This document shows positions 29,549 through 38,733 of a DNA stretch of 64,000 nt, one piece after another; positions within the stretch are counted from its first letter, which is position 1; each line of letters starts with the position of its first letter. The stretch is from a virus. Lineage: Duplodnaviria > Heunggongvirae > Uroviricota > Caudoviricetes. Location: the IMG/VR virus record IMGVR_UViG_3300012979_000028, positions 21,985 to 85,984 of that record; one strand, given 5' to 3'. Made by a program: the position numbers and the translations under genes. The notes under the pieces are model-generated. The model was given only the letters and a program-made list of their open reading frames with translations. It ran no database searches and was not told the origin of the DNA.

Positions 29549-29590
29549 CTCCCGGGGTACTATCCTCGGGTTTTTTATTTTTTTTTCTTT
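29549..29590 (+). terminator. rho-independent terminator for the plus-strand phosphatase gene
   Basis: ctcccggggtactatcctcggg hairpin + T-run. Confidence 0.65.
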
Positions 29591-29591
29591 T

Positions 29592-29616
29592 AATACAGAG
29601 TCCGGTTGAAAAAAAA
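29592..29616. promoter_or_regulatory. conserved box AATACAGAGTCCGGTTG + A-run (copy 1 of 3)
   Basis: Near-identical copies at 41988-42014 and inverted at 63966-63990. Confidence 0.4.
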
Positions 29617-29806
29617 GAAAAGCTAACTAAGTTTCCCAACTCGATTAGCCTTTGAAAGCAGTATCCATCTACTGTGGCGAATTATATAGGTTCAATTACC
29701 TAACACGTCTTACCCAGCAGGACTTGCTTTCTGTCTTATTTGACATGCTTGTACGGAAAATCAGAAACCGTACAATATCCTCATATATAAGACTTTTAGG
29801 GGATAA

Positions 29807-29840
29807 GAAAAAAAAATAAAGCCCAGTTAATCCAGGCTTT
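29807..29840 (-). terminator. rho-independent terminator (minus strand)
   Basis: AAAGCCTGGATTAACTGGGCTTT hairpin followed by T9 on the minus strand. Confidence 0.55.
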
Positions 29841-29846
29841 TCTCGG

Positions 29847-29947
29847 TTATAAGATAAATCTCTGTATTGCGTCTACAATGATCCAACCGAAGATCCCTAT
29901 TGCAGACAAGATTGTTATTATACAAATTATTGTAAATAAATCTTTCA
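29847..29947 (-). CDS. 33-aa membrane peptide
   Basis: ATG at 29945-29947. Translation MKDLFTIICIITILSAIGIFGWIIVDAIQRFIL. Promoter-like motif 20 nt upstream, terminator immediately downstream. Preferred over the tracked 71-aa ORF in another frame. Confidence 0.4.
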
Positions 29948-30908
29948 TACTTTTGTGTTTTTATTACATATATAAGGGTTTTAGAGGGGAAGAAAAAAAA
30001 ATTCAGACTTATTGCTAAGTCCTCTAAAAATACTTCCAACAAACTTTAGTTACCAGTCGCATTTTTCTGTTTCGCTTCAGAAGTATTGCTACCTCCTGGC
30101 TCTTCAGGGTAGAAATAAGTAACCTATATCTACCTACATAAAAATGCATATTAGTTTGTTTTATTTTATTTTGTTATTGTGTCTCTAAAAATCACGTAAT
30201 AGATTTTCACCTATTACTTTTAATAATTGTTATCGCTATAAGTGTCTCTCTTATAGACTTTCGAAGTTAAATATTATCTTCCAACTGAGACTTAGTCTTC
30301 TCGTTTCGGATAATATAGTTTGGTCTGTAAACCTCACCCCTTAACTTCAGCCCTCCTATACTTGAAAAATAATATTACAGTATTAATTTTCTTTCAAGGT
30401 TCACTATGTATACATAGTTACTGAGCCTTTTGCGTATGTCTCTATTGATCTAACTAAGTTTCTGATCTCAACATACAGGTCTAGGGATTCCATCATAGAA
30501 TAACCTAGATTTTAATTTTGTTTTTTTTTGTTTAATTTGTAGAATAAGCCATCCAATATAAATATATAATAAAAAATTTAAGGACAGCTCATCCTAATAT
30601 TTTGTCTCAAAAACCATTTAATTTATTAATTTTAATCTTCCGCTCTGAGCCTATACTTAATATACCTCACGGCAGAGACTAACAACAATCTCTTTAAATA
30701 TTAAGCGTGTAGCATTTTATACTCGCTCAGACGAGTCTAGTCTTAGCACTACTAGTTTTCACTTACAAACTTCCTCTACACGACCTTTAGTATAGTCTGT
30801 AAGCTAGTATATAATTTAAATATACTTAACGCTAAGTGTATAATATAGTAACATATCATACATTATTTCTTTCTATATATAAGACTTTCAGGTACAATTG
30901 AAAGGGTG

Positions 30909-30936
30909 AAAAAAAAAGTTCCAGGGTTTCCCCTGG
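30909..30936 (-). terminator. rho-independent terminator (minus strand)
   Basis: CCAGGGGAAACCCTGG hairpin + T9 on the minus strand, downstream of 30949..31155. Confidence 0.6.
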
Positions 30937-30948
30937 ATACAATTTACA

Positions 30949-31155
30949 CTAGTCTCTCTTCACGGCTGCCATTACAGCGAGGTTTGCAGTTAATGCTACC
31001 AATGCTGATGCTATGCCGAAATTTCCCGTCCAAAACTGGATAGGAGATGTGACCATCTCCCAAAAAGAGTGGTCCTGAAGAAATGTTACGCACTGCGCGA
31101 TAAATAATATTGAACTTATCGCCATCATTACTAATATAAATACTATTGTTTTCAT
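30949..31155 (-). CDS. small membrane protein
   Basis: 68 aa with two hydrophobic helices. SD-like taaggaa before the ATG. Conserved 33-nt leader upstream. Confidence 0.55.
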   Translation of the reverse strand: MKTIVFILVMMAISSILFIAQCVTFLQDHSFWEMVTSPIQFWTGNFGIASALVALTANLAVMAAVKRD

Positions 31156-31159
31156 TTCC

Positions 31160-31192
31160 TTATACGATTAACCTATACATCGCGAGGTTTTT
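31160..31192 (-). promoter_or_regulatory. conserved 33-nt 5' leader element (copy 2)
   Basis: ttatacgattaacctatacatcgcgaggttttt, identical to 6286-6318. Confidence 0.5.
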
Positions 31193-31256
31193 GTTTGTGT
31201 TTTATTTTTCTTTACATATATAAGGCTCCACGGTTAGTTTGGGACGGAAAAATAAT

Positions 31257-31283
31257 AGACCCTAGAATTTCTCCTAAGATCTA
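31257..31283 (-). terminator. repeated terminator-like hairpin (copy 1)
   Basis: agaccctagaatttctcctaagatcta. Inverted repeat AGATCYTAG..CTAAGATCT. Second copy at 31521-31547. Confidence 0.4.
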
Positions 31284-31300
31284 TTTATTATTGCTTAATT

Positions 31301-31495
31301 TTAAGGTTTCTTTAAGCATTCTTTTATTTTAACTATCGCAGCTTCTGCCTCTTCCTTGCTATTGAAGTAATTTCCATCTTTCCAGCGAGAGTCATCAACA
31401 GGGAGATTAAAATCCCTTGTACTATGAACCTCAAATTCTCCTCCCATGCATACTACAGTGTAATATACATCTTCTTTTAACTTTTTTCTTTCCAT
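31301..31495 (-). CDS. hypothetical protein
   Basis: 64-aa ORF followed by the repeated hairpin. Confidence 0.45.
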   Translation of the reverse strand: MERKKLKEDVYYTVVCMGGEFEVHSTRDFNLPVDDSRWKDGNYFNSKEEAEAAIVKIKECLKKP

Positions 31496-31520
31496 AAAGG
31501 TATATTTTTTTTGTTTATAC

Positions 31521-31547
31521 TAAAATAGATAGATCCTAGAATTTCTC
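31521..31547 (-). terminator. repeated terminator-like hairpin (copy 2)
   Basis: agatcctagaatttctcctaagatcta, 24 nt downstream of the stop of 31571..32416. Confidence 0.4.
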
Positions 31548-31570
31548 CTAAGATCTACCATTATTATTCT

Positions 31571-32416
31571 TTATTTTACAGGAATTTGAATTAGATTACT
31601 TCCTCCACCAGTATAAGTAGGAAGTTTTCCATCCCATTTCTCTATCCAATCTTCCTGAATAATCATAGTAGATAGTGAAGCTGCAATCGTTCTATTATAG
31701 TATGCCTCTGCGTCAGCCTTAATTTTCATAGCCTTTGCATTACCTTCGGCCTGAGCTATAGCTATCTTTGCATTCGCCTCCGCTTTCTTTACTTCATTTT
31801 CAGCTTTTAGACTCTCCTGTATTGACTTATTTTTAGAATCAATTGCTGCCTGAAGTGCTGATGGCGGTATAATCTGAGAAGTAAATTCATGAACTGTAAA
31901 TCCTTCCTCCTCTAGACTTTTCTCTAACATTGCTCGAACTCCTGATTCAAACTCTGCTCGATTTGCCATTAATTGATCACTTGTATATTTATTTGCTGTC
32001 AATCTATAGGCATCAGAAATAACAGTCTTCATATACCCATTTTCAATTTCCCCTAGGTCTCTTCTATACTTGGAGAACACCTGAACAGCCATATCTTTTC
32101 TTAGTTGATATGCCAAGAGTGGATCCATAGTAAAGATAGCAGCGTCCTTGGTAGTTACTGTAAATGGTTCGTAATCTTTTCTTTGTACGAATGTAGGGTA
32201 AGTGAAGACGTCTGTAGTTAGTGGATTATAAAGAACATATCCACTACAATTCTCAGCAATCAACTCACCCTGATCACTTACACTGAACTTCTTGAACTTA
32301 ATACCTACCTCAGAAGAATCAACTGAAGTACAGCAAGTGCAACCTCCTAGTAAACAAAATAGTGCCATTATTCCAATAATGACGTACTTCATTACTTTAA
32401 AATCAAACTTAGTCAT
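31571..32416 (-). CDS. SPFH/band-7 (prohibitin/HflKC-like) membrane protein
   Basis: N-terminal TM. SPFH core. C-terminal coiled coil ...KAENEVKKAEANAKIAIAQAEGNAKAMKIKADAEAYY. Confidence 0.7.
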   Translation of the reverse strand: MTKFDFKVMKYVIIGIMALFCLLGGCTCCTSVDSSEVGIKFKKFSVSDQGELIAENCSGYVLYNPLTTDVFTYPTFVQRKDYEPFTVTTKDAAIFTMDPLLAYQLRKDMAVQVFSKYRRDLGEIENGYMKTVISDAYRLTANKYTSDQLMANRAEFESGVRAMLEKSLEEEGFTVHEFTSQIIPPSALQAAIDSKNKSIQESLKAENEVKKAEANAKIAIAQAEGNAKAMKIKADAEAYYNRTIAASLSTMIIQEDWIEKWDGKLPTYTGGGSNLIQIPVK

Positions 32417-32515
32417 TTTTATTGATTTTTAGTTAATTAATAAATTTTATTATCAATTATAAGAGTTCTCTGGGAAACAAAAAGAAAGCAGGAAATTAAT
32501 CCCACTTTCTTAAAA

Positions 32516-32701
32516 CTACAAGACTATTTCAATTATTCTCTTTAGCCTCTTCATCCTCGTTCTTGCTATCTCAGAGTGACAGCAGAGACAACCTTGTTCT
32601 TTATCCCTCTCCACCAGAAGGATTTCGTTTTTTATTTTCTCCTCGAGTTCCTTTTCATTTTTTGCCCCGAACTCCTTGAGCAAGCTTTTCATGTTTTCCA
32701 T
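32516..32701 (-). CDS. small hypothetical protein
   Basis: 61 aa. Promoter-like motif 20 nt upstream. Confidence 0.4.
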   Translation of the reverse strand: MENMKSLLKEFGAKNEKELEEKIKNEILLVERDKEQGCLCCHSEIARTRMKRLKRIIEIVL

Positions 32702-32720
32702 ATTGTTTTGTGTTTTTTGT

Positions 32721-32760
32721 TCATATATAAGGGTTTTAGGGGAGAAGAAAAAAATAAAGC
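32721..32760 (-). promoter_or_regulatory. terminator-promoter cassette (GGCTTTATTTTTTT-CTTCTCCCCTAAAACCC-TTATATATGA)
   Basis: A stereotyped cassette between 32803..35523 and 32516..32701, with the ATG 20 nt downstream. Confidence 0.45.
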
Positions 32761-32802
32761 CTTAATTCTTTTTACAGAACAAGACTTTATTTGGTTTAAG
32801 TA

Positions 32803-35523
32803 TTAGCTAAATTCAACTACAATCTTAGAATCAGCGTCAACGTCTAGCTTTACTTTAGTTTTATCACTGACACTTTCTTCTAGCATCTTCTTACAAATTT
32901 CCTTCTGAATGTAGTCGTTGATCAATCGTTTCAAAGATCTAGCGCCATACTTAGGATCTACTTTAGAAACAACTAGCTCTTTTACCTTTGAAGTAGCTTT
33001 GATATCAAGTTTTCTTTCTTTCTTAATCATATCATGCAACTTCTTTAGCTCAAGGTCGTAGATATTTCCTAGTTTATCCTTATCTAGACTATTGAATACG
33101 ACAATCTTAGTTAGTCTGTTAAGGAACTCTGGACGAAATTCATTGTTAACCTCTTTCATCACGGTATTAACATCAAACTTCTTCTTTTCCTCACCTTCCA
33201 ACTTTCCGAATCCAATACCACTACCTTTCAGTTCTAGAGCCTTAGTACCTACATTTCCAGTGAAGATAATGATACAGTTTCTACAGCTTACTTTTTCACC
33301 AGAGCTTAGAGTAATTTCACCTTCTTCCAGCATATTAAGCCAGATATTATATAGGTTACTGCTACTCTTTTCAATCTCATCAATTAGTAGAACTGTGTAA
33401 GGCTGTCTTTTAAGAATATACAACCTAGGCTCTGTACTATCAAAACCAACATAACCTGGAGCAGATCCTAAGAGTTTACTTTCACTCCAATCTTGCATAT
33501 ATTCACTGCAGGAAATAGTTACAAGATTTTTCTCACCACCAAAGAACTCCTCTGCAATTGTTTTAGCCATCAAGGTTTTTCCTACACCAGTACATCCAAC
33601 AAACAAGAAGGATGCAATAGGTTTCTTTGGATCACGTAGTCCTAGTAGATTCTGTTGTAATGCGATACTCAACTCTTCTACTGCCTCTTCCTGACCTACA
33701 ACTTTCTTTTCAATCTGAGCTTTCATTACTCTAACTTTGTCTAGGTCAGTACTCTTTATCTTATCAACAGGTACACCGGAAGTTTCAGAAATTACTTTAA
33801 CCACATCATCAATAGTAACTGTAGTCCAAGAAAGTCTATCCTTCTCTAGTTTGGCTTTTTGCTTTTCTAGATCCAGCTTAAGTTCATCAATCTTATCTTT
33901 GAGTTCAGAAGCCTTGTCGAAATTATCAAAGTCGTTTAGGATAATATCATTCTTTGTTTTACTTAGACTAGCAATTTCATTTTCTAGTGTTTTAATCATA
34001 GAAGTGTCTGCCGGTCTAGAAATTTTAACCTCTGAACCTGCTTTATCCAAGATTCTAATAGCTTTAGCAGGGAAGAAGCCATCGTAAATATATCTATCTG
34101 CCAATTCTACACAAGCGATCAGGGCATCATCGGCGTACTTTACTTTGTGATATTTCTCGTAAACCTTTGAAACTCCCTTAACTATGCTTATTGTATCCTG
34201 AATTCCTGGTTCTCCGATAAAGATAGGTCCAAAACGTCTGACTAGAGCTTTATCTTTTTCAATAAATTTTCTATACTCGGCTGTTGTAGTAGACCCGATG
34301 CACTGAAATTCTCCTCTACTCAAGAAAGGTTTTAGAATGTTTGCCATATCACCATTACCCTCTTTTGCACCAGCTCCAGCACCCATCATATTGTGAATTT
34401 CATCAATATATACAATGACATTCTTAGCATTAATCACCTCTGTAATGATAGTCTGTAGTCTCTCTTCAAACTGGCCTCTATACATACAACCAGCCACTAC
34501 AGCATTAACATCGAGATTGTAAATTACCTTATCTTGTAGAAATTCAGGTACTCTCTTATCTTTCTTTGCAATAAGTCCAGCCAAGAACTCTATTATAGCC
34601 GTCTTACCACAACCAGGATCACCCAAGAGTAGAGGATTATTACAAAGGCGACAACTAAGAACTCTAATAATCTCCATGACCTCATTATCTCTACCAATAA
34701 CTGGATCATAGTTGCTATTAAGTGCTTTCTCATTCATATTAATAGCAAAGGTATCTAGAGTTGGAGTGTTAGTTTCTTTTTTCTTGAATCCTGAAACAGC
34801 TCCATCCATGCCAAACTTCTCAAACTCTTTCTTGGCACTCTTCTTAGCTTTTTCGTAGTCATCCTCTTTACTACTCTCAGCCACTCTCTTCTTTACCCAA
34901 TCCTCTACATTCTTCTCTAGGTATCGTTTGAAGTCCTCCGCCATGTCATCATCTTCTTCACCGTTAGATTGTCTTTTCTTGAATTCAAATCTACTAAGAG
35001 AGGGAGACTTCTTGTAATACTGCTCAATGTCAATACCATACTTCTTTAGAACAGTCAATGAATCCTCGTAAGTTAACTTGAATTCTTTGATAGATACTTC
35101 CATGGTCAAGAATCCGATAATGATGTGTGAAGTATCTAGAGAAAACTCATCTGGATCATCTCCCTTCATCTGATAAGAAGCATTCAGTATATAGATACAC
35201 TTCTTAATGAATCTATCTAGCTCATCTGTATACTCACACTTGTCCGGATCTCCCATGATTTCAACTTTAGCAGCCTCTTTGAAACAATCATTTAGCTCGT
35301 TACATAAGTTGTCGCGATCTGTAATTGAAAGATTATTAATTAACTCTAAGAATATTGGACAGTCTACATTTCTAGTAGAATCACTCAAACTATCTCTGTA
35401 AGTTCTGACAATACTTAGAATTAATGAACTAGCGGTGATCTGATTTAGCTGCTGTCCCGTTGATAGAATAGCTGCTCTGCTTATAATCTCGCTTAGCTCT
35501 CTACTAAATTTTACTCTTTTCAT
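32803..35523 (-). CDS. ClpC/ClpB-like Hsp100 AAA+ chaperone (two NBDs + Clp_N repeats)
   Basis: NBD1 LLLGDPGCGKTAI...VIVYIDEIH. NBD2 FLFVGCTGVGKTLMAK...VLLIDEIEK plus sensor-2 region GARSLKRLI. N-terminal Clp_N-like repeats. Confidence 0.85.
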   Translation of the reverse strand: MKRVKFSRELSEIISRAAILSTGQQLNQITASSLILSIVRTYRDSLSDSTRNVDCPIFLELINNLSITDRDNLCNELNDCFKEAAKVEIMGDPDKCEYTDELDRFIKKCIYILNASYQMKGDDPDEFSLDTSHIIIGFLTMEVSIKEFKLTYEDSLTVLKKYGIDIEQYYKKSPSLSRFEFKKRQSNGEEDDDMAEDFKRYLEKNVEDWVKKRVAESSKEDDYEKAKKSAKKEFEKFGMDGAVSGFKKKETNTPTLDTFAINMNEKALNSNYDPVIGRDNEVMEIIRVLSCRLCNNPLLLGDPGCGKTAIIEFLAGLIAKKDKRVPEFLQDKVIYNLDVNAVVAGCMYRGQFEERLQTIITEVINAKNVIVYIDEIHNMMGAGAGAKEGNGDMANILKPFLSRGEFQCIGSTTTAEYRKFIEKDKALVRRFGPIFIGEPGIQDTISIVKGVSKVYEKYHKVKYADDALIACVELADRYIYDGFFPAKAIRILDKAGSEVKISRPADTSMIKTLENEIASLSKTKNDIILNDFDNFDKASELKDKIDELKLDLEKQKAKLEKDRLSWTTVTIDDVVKVISETSGVPVDKIKSTDLDKVRVMKAQIEKKVVGQEEAVEELSIALQQNLLGLRDPKKPIASFLFVGCTGVGKTLMAKTIAEEFFGGEKNLVTISCSEYMQDWSESKLLGSAPGYVGFDSTEPRLYILKRQPYTVLLIDEIEKSSSNLYNIWLNMLEEGEITLSSGEKVSCRNCIIIFTGNVGTKALELKGSGIGFGKLEGEEKKKFDVNTVMKEVNNEFRPEFLNRLTKIVVFNSLDKDKLGNIYDLELKKLHDMIKKERKLDIKATSKVKELVVSKVDPKYGARSLKRLINDYIQKEICKKMLEESVSDKTKVKLDVDADSKIVVEFS

Positions 35524-35528
35524 ATTAT

Positions 35529-35954
35529 TTATTTAAATTTATTTTCTGTTTCGTTTATAAGAGATTGAGGCTGTTTCTTAGTTAACTTTTTTGCTATCTC
35601 TTCTGTAAAAAACTTCTTCTGAAAATATCCCACCGGGTCAAAATATGCATAAATAACTCTAGGAACTATAATCAGAGGTATCCAGAGTGGTCCTAATATT
35701 CTAGAAGACAAAACATAACCATAAGACTTCCTTAACTTAATATTAGTAAACCAAGAGTCCGCAGATATAAAAATGTAGTCCCCTAGTGTAAAATCATCCA
35801 TAAAACAACTGCGACAAATAGTAGAATAGAAATAAACCCCATTCACTTTCTTTAATGTACAGTATGAATTATAGTCAGTATAGATAAACTTAATAATGAT
35901 TAGTGCAATAATGTTTTGAGGAAATTGCCATAACCATAATAATACTCTTTTCAT
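35529..35954 (-). CDS. hypothetical protein
   Basis: 141 aa. Confidence 0.45.
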   Translation of the reverse strand: MKRVLLWLWQFPQNIIALIIIKFIYTDYNSYCTLKKVNGVYFYSTICRSCFMDDFTLGDYIFISADSWFTNIKLRKSYGYVLSSRILGPLWIPLIIVPRVIYAYFDPVGYFQKKFFTEEIAKKLTKKQPQSLINETENKFK

Positions 35955-35956
35955 CT

Positions 35957-36151
35957 CTAGTAACAGTAATTTTTTATTGTCTGTAATGTTCCTTTAAGAG
36001 TTGATAAAGTTTTCTGCGTATATGTAATTCTATCATAGGCATCAAAACCAAGAACCCAAAGGACTAAGTTAGCTATAAGTGCATAAAGTAGCCAAAGAAT
36101 TACAAAAGGAAAAACTAACACATTTACTAATAATCGAATAATCAGTTTCAT
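35957..36151 (-). CDS. small membrane protein
   Basis: 64 aa, two TM helices. Confidence 0.45.
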   Translation of the reverse strand: MKLIIRLLVNVLVFPFVILWLLYALIANLVLWVLGFDAYDRITYTQKTLSTLKGTLQTIKNYCY

Positions 36152-36279
36152 AATATTTTTCTTTTATTTTATGATTGAAAGAGCCCAAATTATAAAGTCT
36201 ACCAGTATAAGAATAACTATGATAAAAGGCAATGCTAGAATGATTACCGGTATACTGATAATAAATTTAATATACTCCT

Positions 36280-37425
36280 TCATTTCTTTTTCTTATAAGT
36301 TTCTTGTTTAATTAGTGTTTCTTCATCCTCTACCGTTCCATCCTTGAAAGTATATATCCAGTCTCCTTGTTCCTTATCTAGCTCAACCCCTGTAACTTCT
36401 CCTAGTACATGATCTCCTTCACAGTCTGTTGAAAATTCATAGTAAGCTAAGATATCACCAACTTCCCACATTGGTTCTCTTCCTACATGATATACTTCTT
36501 CTGTGTAACTATGTAAAGGTTGATCTATGTCTTCCTCTTCTTCAACTTCCCACTCATCCTTGAAATTTTGGTATTGTCTTTTTAGTATAGAGAGTTCAAA
36601 TTCCCTATACTTCAATACCTTCTTCGAAAACCAATCAGAACAATAAGCAGATTCAGTTAAGTATCCACCGTTTGCATAGATAAATTGTAAGAAGCCAAGG
36701 AAATCAAAGAAATATTTTTTAAGGACTGGATCAGAGTTGTTAATCCTAGTCTCTCTAAAAATTGTCCTTGTATCTAGAAATTGACCACATGCGAATTGTT
36801 TACCGGAATCATTTAATTGACTTACAGGGATAGAATATTCTGGGTCATCTACAGTAATACCAGAGATAGTTAAGATATTCCAGTACTTAGTTTTCTCTGG
36901 ATACTTCTCTAGAAATTCAACTGTCTTATCCCAACATTCTGAGTAATTTATATATTCATTAGAGTTTGCAAAGTCTTCTAACTCCGTAATCTTATCATAA
37001 ACTTCCTTTCTCTCAATTACGTAAGTTAGTCTAGAGTTAAGTTTTGTAAGAGATAGATGTTCCATTAACTTTATCAACTCTTTATCATCTTCACTGGCTT
37101 CTCCTCTATTAACTTTCGCATTCAAACCCACAAATCTATCTCCATTAAACTTCTCAATTAGCTTTAATACTTCATCCAGGTTTTTAACTCCGAAGGCTTT
37201 TATTAGTGCGTCAGTATTAAAATCTTCTCTGACATCCTTTATAAAACCGTAATCATTATAGACACCAAACAAAGGAAAGCATAATGGAGTAAGAGTTCCG
37301 GAAATTACTGAAGGACCTAAGTTTTCAGGCCTGTTACCAGAATAATAGCAAGGAATTAATACTATCTCATCTTCATGTTCAATCGGGAGACGAGAATAAA
37401 ATCCATAATTATTAAAACATCCCAT
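36280..37425 (-). CDS. hypothetical protein
   Basis: 381 aa. Confidence 0.55.
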   Translation of the reverse strand: MGCFNNYGFYSRLPIEHEDEIVLIPCYYSGNRPENLGPSVISGTLTPLCFPLFGVYNDYGFIKDVREDFNTDALIKAFGVKNLDEVLKLIEKFNGDRFVGLNAKVNRGEASEDDKELIKLMEHLSLTKLNSRLTYVIERKEVYDKITELEDFANSNEYINYSECWDKTVEFLEKYPEKTKYWNILTISGITVDDPEYSIPVSQLNDSGKQFACGQFLDTRTIFRETRINNSDPVLKKYFFDFLGFLQFIYANGGYLTESAYCSDWFSKKVLKYREFELSILKRQYQNFKDEWEVEEEEDIDQPLHSYTEEVYHVGREPMWEVGDILAYYEFSTDCEGDHVLGEVTGVELDKEQGDWIYTFKDGTVEDEETLIKQETYKKKK

Positions 37426-37506
37426 AACTTTATTGTTCTTCTTCTAGCCTTAAAGCTTCTGCCATTTCAGCTATTATACAAATTTCCCAATCAGTTAACA
37501 TTTCTT

Positions 37507-37812
37507 TTAATTCCATTTAAGTTTATACTCTTTTAATAAGCTATATGAATTCCAAGCTTTTAAACGTATCAACCTAAGCATATGACTACTGTAAAAGAAA
37601 TTAAAGTCCTCATATGCAATAAATCTTGTAGAATTATTTACATTTACAAATTTTTGTTGAGATGGATCTACAAATCTATCTAAAAGTTTAATAGCTAATT
37701 TAACTATGTATGCTTTTTGATCTGCAGCGTGTTTATCCAACCAATTTTTCAAAATAATCCTTTCTCTTTTCATTTGGAAAAATTTCTCTAAGGATATTGT
37801 TGTATGTTCCAT
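37507..37812 (-). CDS. hypothetical protein (tandem paralog A)
   Basis: 101 aa. Similar to the adjacent 37814..38218 (KLA[IL]KLL...KAW..Y.LL..YKL). Confidence 0.5.
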   Translation of the reverse strand: MEHTTISLEKFFQMKRERIILKNWLDKHAADQKAYIVKLAIKLLDRFVDPSQQKFVNVNNSTRFIAYEDFNFFYSSHMLRLIRLKAWNSYSLLKEYKLKWN

Positions 37813-37813
37813 C

Positions 37814-38218
37814 TTAATCCCACATTTCTTGTAGTTTGTAGCATCTTAGTAGGTTATAAAGATGCCAGGCTTTCTCACATCTTAATTCTGAAACATAATA
37901 AACATTACTTATATCGAATGAGTTAAAGTTAATAAACCTTTTTGCGTTCTTCGTATTGACATAGACGTTTTCTTCTGAGACATTTACTGTATACTCATAT
38001 ATTTCAAGCAACTTCAACGCCAACTTAGCAATTGCAGCTCGTCTATCAGAGTATTCATCAAGTGCATGGGTAAATTCTTTCTTAGTATACTTATCCAGCC
38101 AATCTTTCCATATAGCTTTTTCGAATTCTAGCATATAACCAAAATCCCACCATCTATAATTTGTAAAAGCTCTCTTAATAGCTGTAGTGTACCCCTGTTT
38201 GTCTCTTTTCTTAGTCAT
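37814..38218 (-). CDS. hypothetical protein (tandem paralog B)
   Basis: 134 aa. Confidence 0.5.
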   Translation of the reverse strand: MTKKRDKQGYTTAIKRAFTNYRWWDFGYMLEFEKAIWKDWLDKYTKKEFTHALDEYSDRRAAIAKLALKLLEIYEYTVNVSEENVYVNTKNAKRFINFNSFDISNVYYVSELRCEKAWHLYNLLRCYKLQEMWD

Positions 38219-38433
38219 AATTTATTTTTCCAACTTTTTACAAATCTATATATCTCCTCTGCGCTGTAAAAGTTTCCAAAGTCCTCCCTCTCATCTTCCA
38301 ATGTATAACAGCCAGAGTCATAGTCACTGAATATATAAATTTTATCTCCAGAACTATTTACGAAACACCAACCATTAACCTCATCATGATCGAAATACCA
38401 TCCTAACTTTTCTAAGAATTCACTAAATTGCAT
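38215..38433 (-). CDS. hypothetical protein
   Basis: 72 aa, 4-nt overlap. Confidence 0.4.
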   Translation of the reverse strand: MQFSEFLEKLGWYFDHDEVNGWCFVNSSGDKIYIFSDYDSGCYTLEDEREDFGNFYSAEEIYRFVKSWKNKL

Positions 38434-38457
38434 AAAGGAATTATCTACTTGTATCTA

Positions 38458-38733
38458 TTATAAAAATCCATTAAGCCAATTAAACTTAGAACCTATTTTC
38501 GTAACTTGGACATATAGTGTTTCAGTAGGTATATCGAACCAAGTCTTCATGACAGTATATATCTCGTCACTGCTATCAATTGATATTTTTCGTCCTTCAG
38601 TAAAAATCTCAGAGTTGTTCGTTTTGTATTCATGGTTAAGAATATCCAACGCATTGTCTCCTTTTTTGTATGTAACTATTTTTACTTTCATACTAGTCCT
38701 CCCAATTAACTTCGTGTTTAACGCCATTCTCAT
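38458..38733 (-). CDS. hypothetical protein
   Basis: 91 aa. Confidence 0.4.
   Translation of the reverse strand: MRMALNTKLIGRTSMKVKIVTYKKGDNALDILNHEYKTNNSEIFTEGRKISIDSSDEIYTVMKTWFDIPTETLYVQVTKIGSKFNWLNGFL

Noticed and set aside
29827-30042. Tracked 71-aa ORF 29827..30042
   Set aside because: It runs through the terminator hairpin and A-run. A 33-aa hydrophobic peptide in another frame, with promoter-like motif and terminator correctly placed, is a better explanation.
33092-35401. Plus-strand ORFs inside the ClpC-like gene (33092..33400, 33737..34087, 35207..35401)
   Set aside because: They lie antisense within a well-supported long CDS and are serine/leucine-rich, as expected of shadow ORFs.
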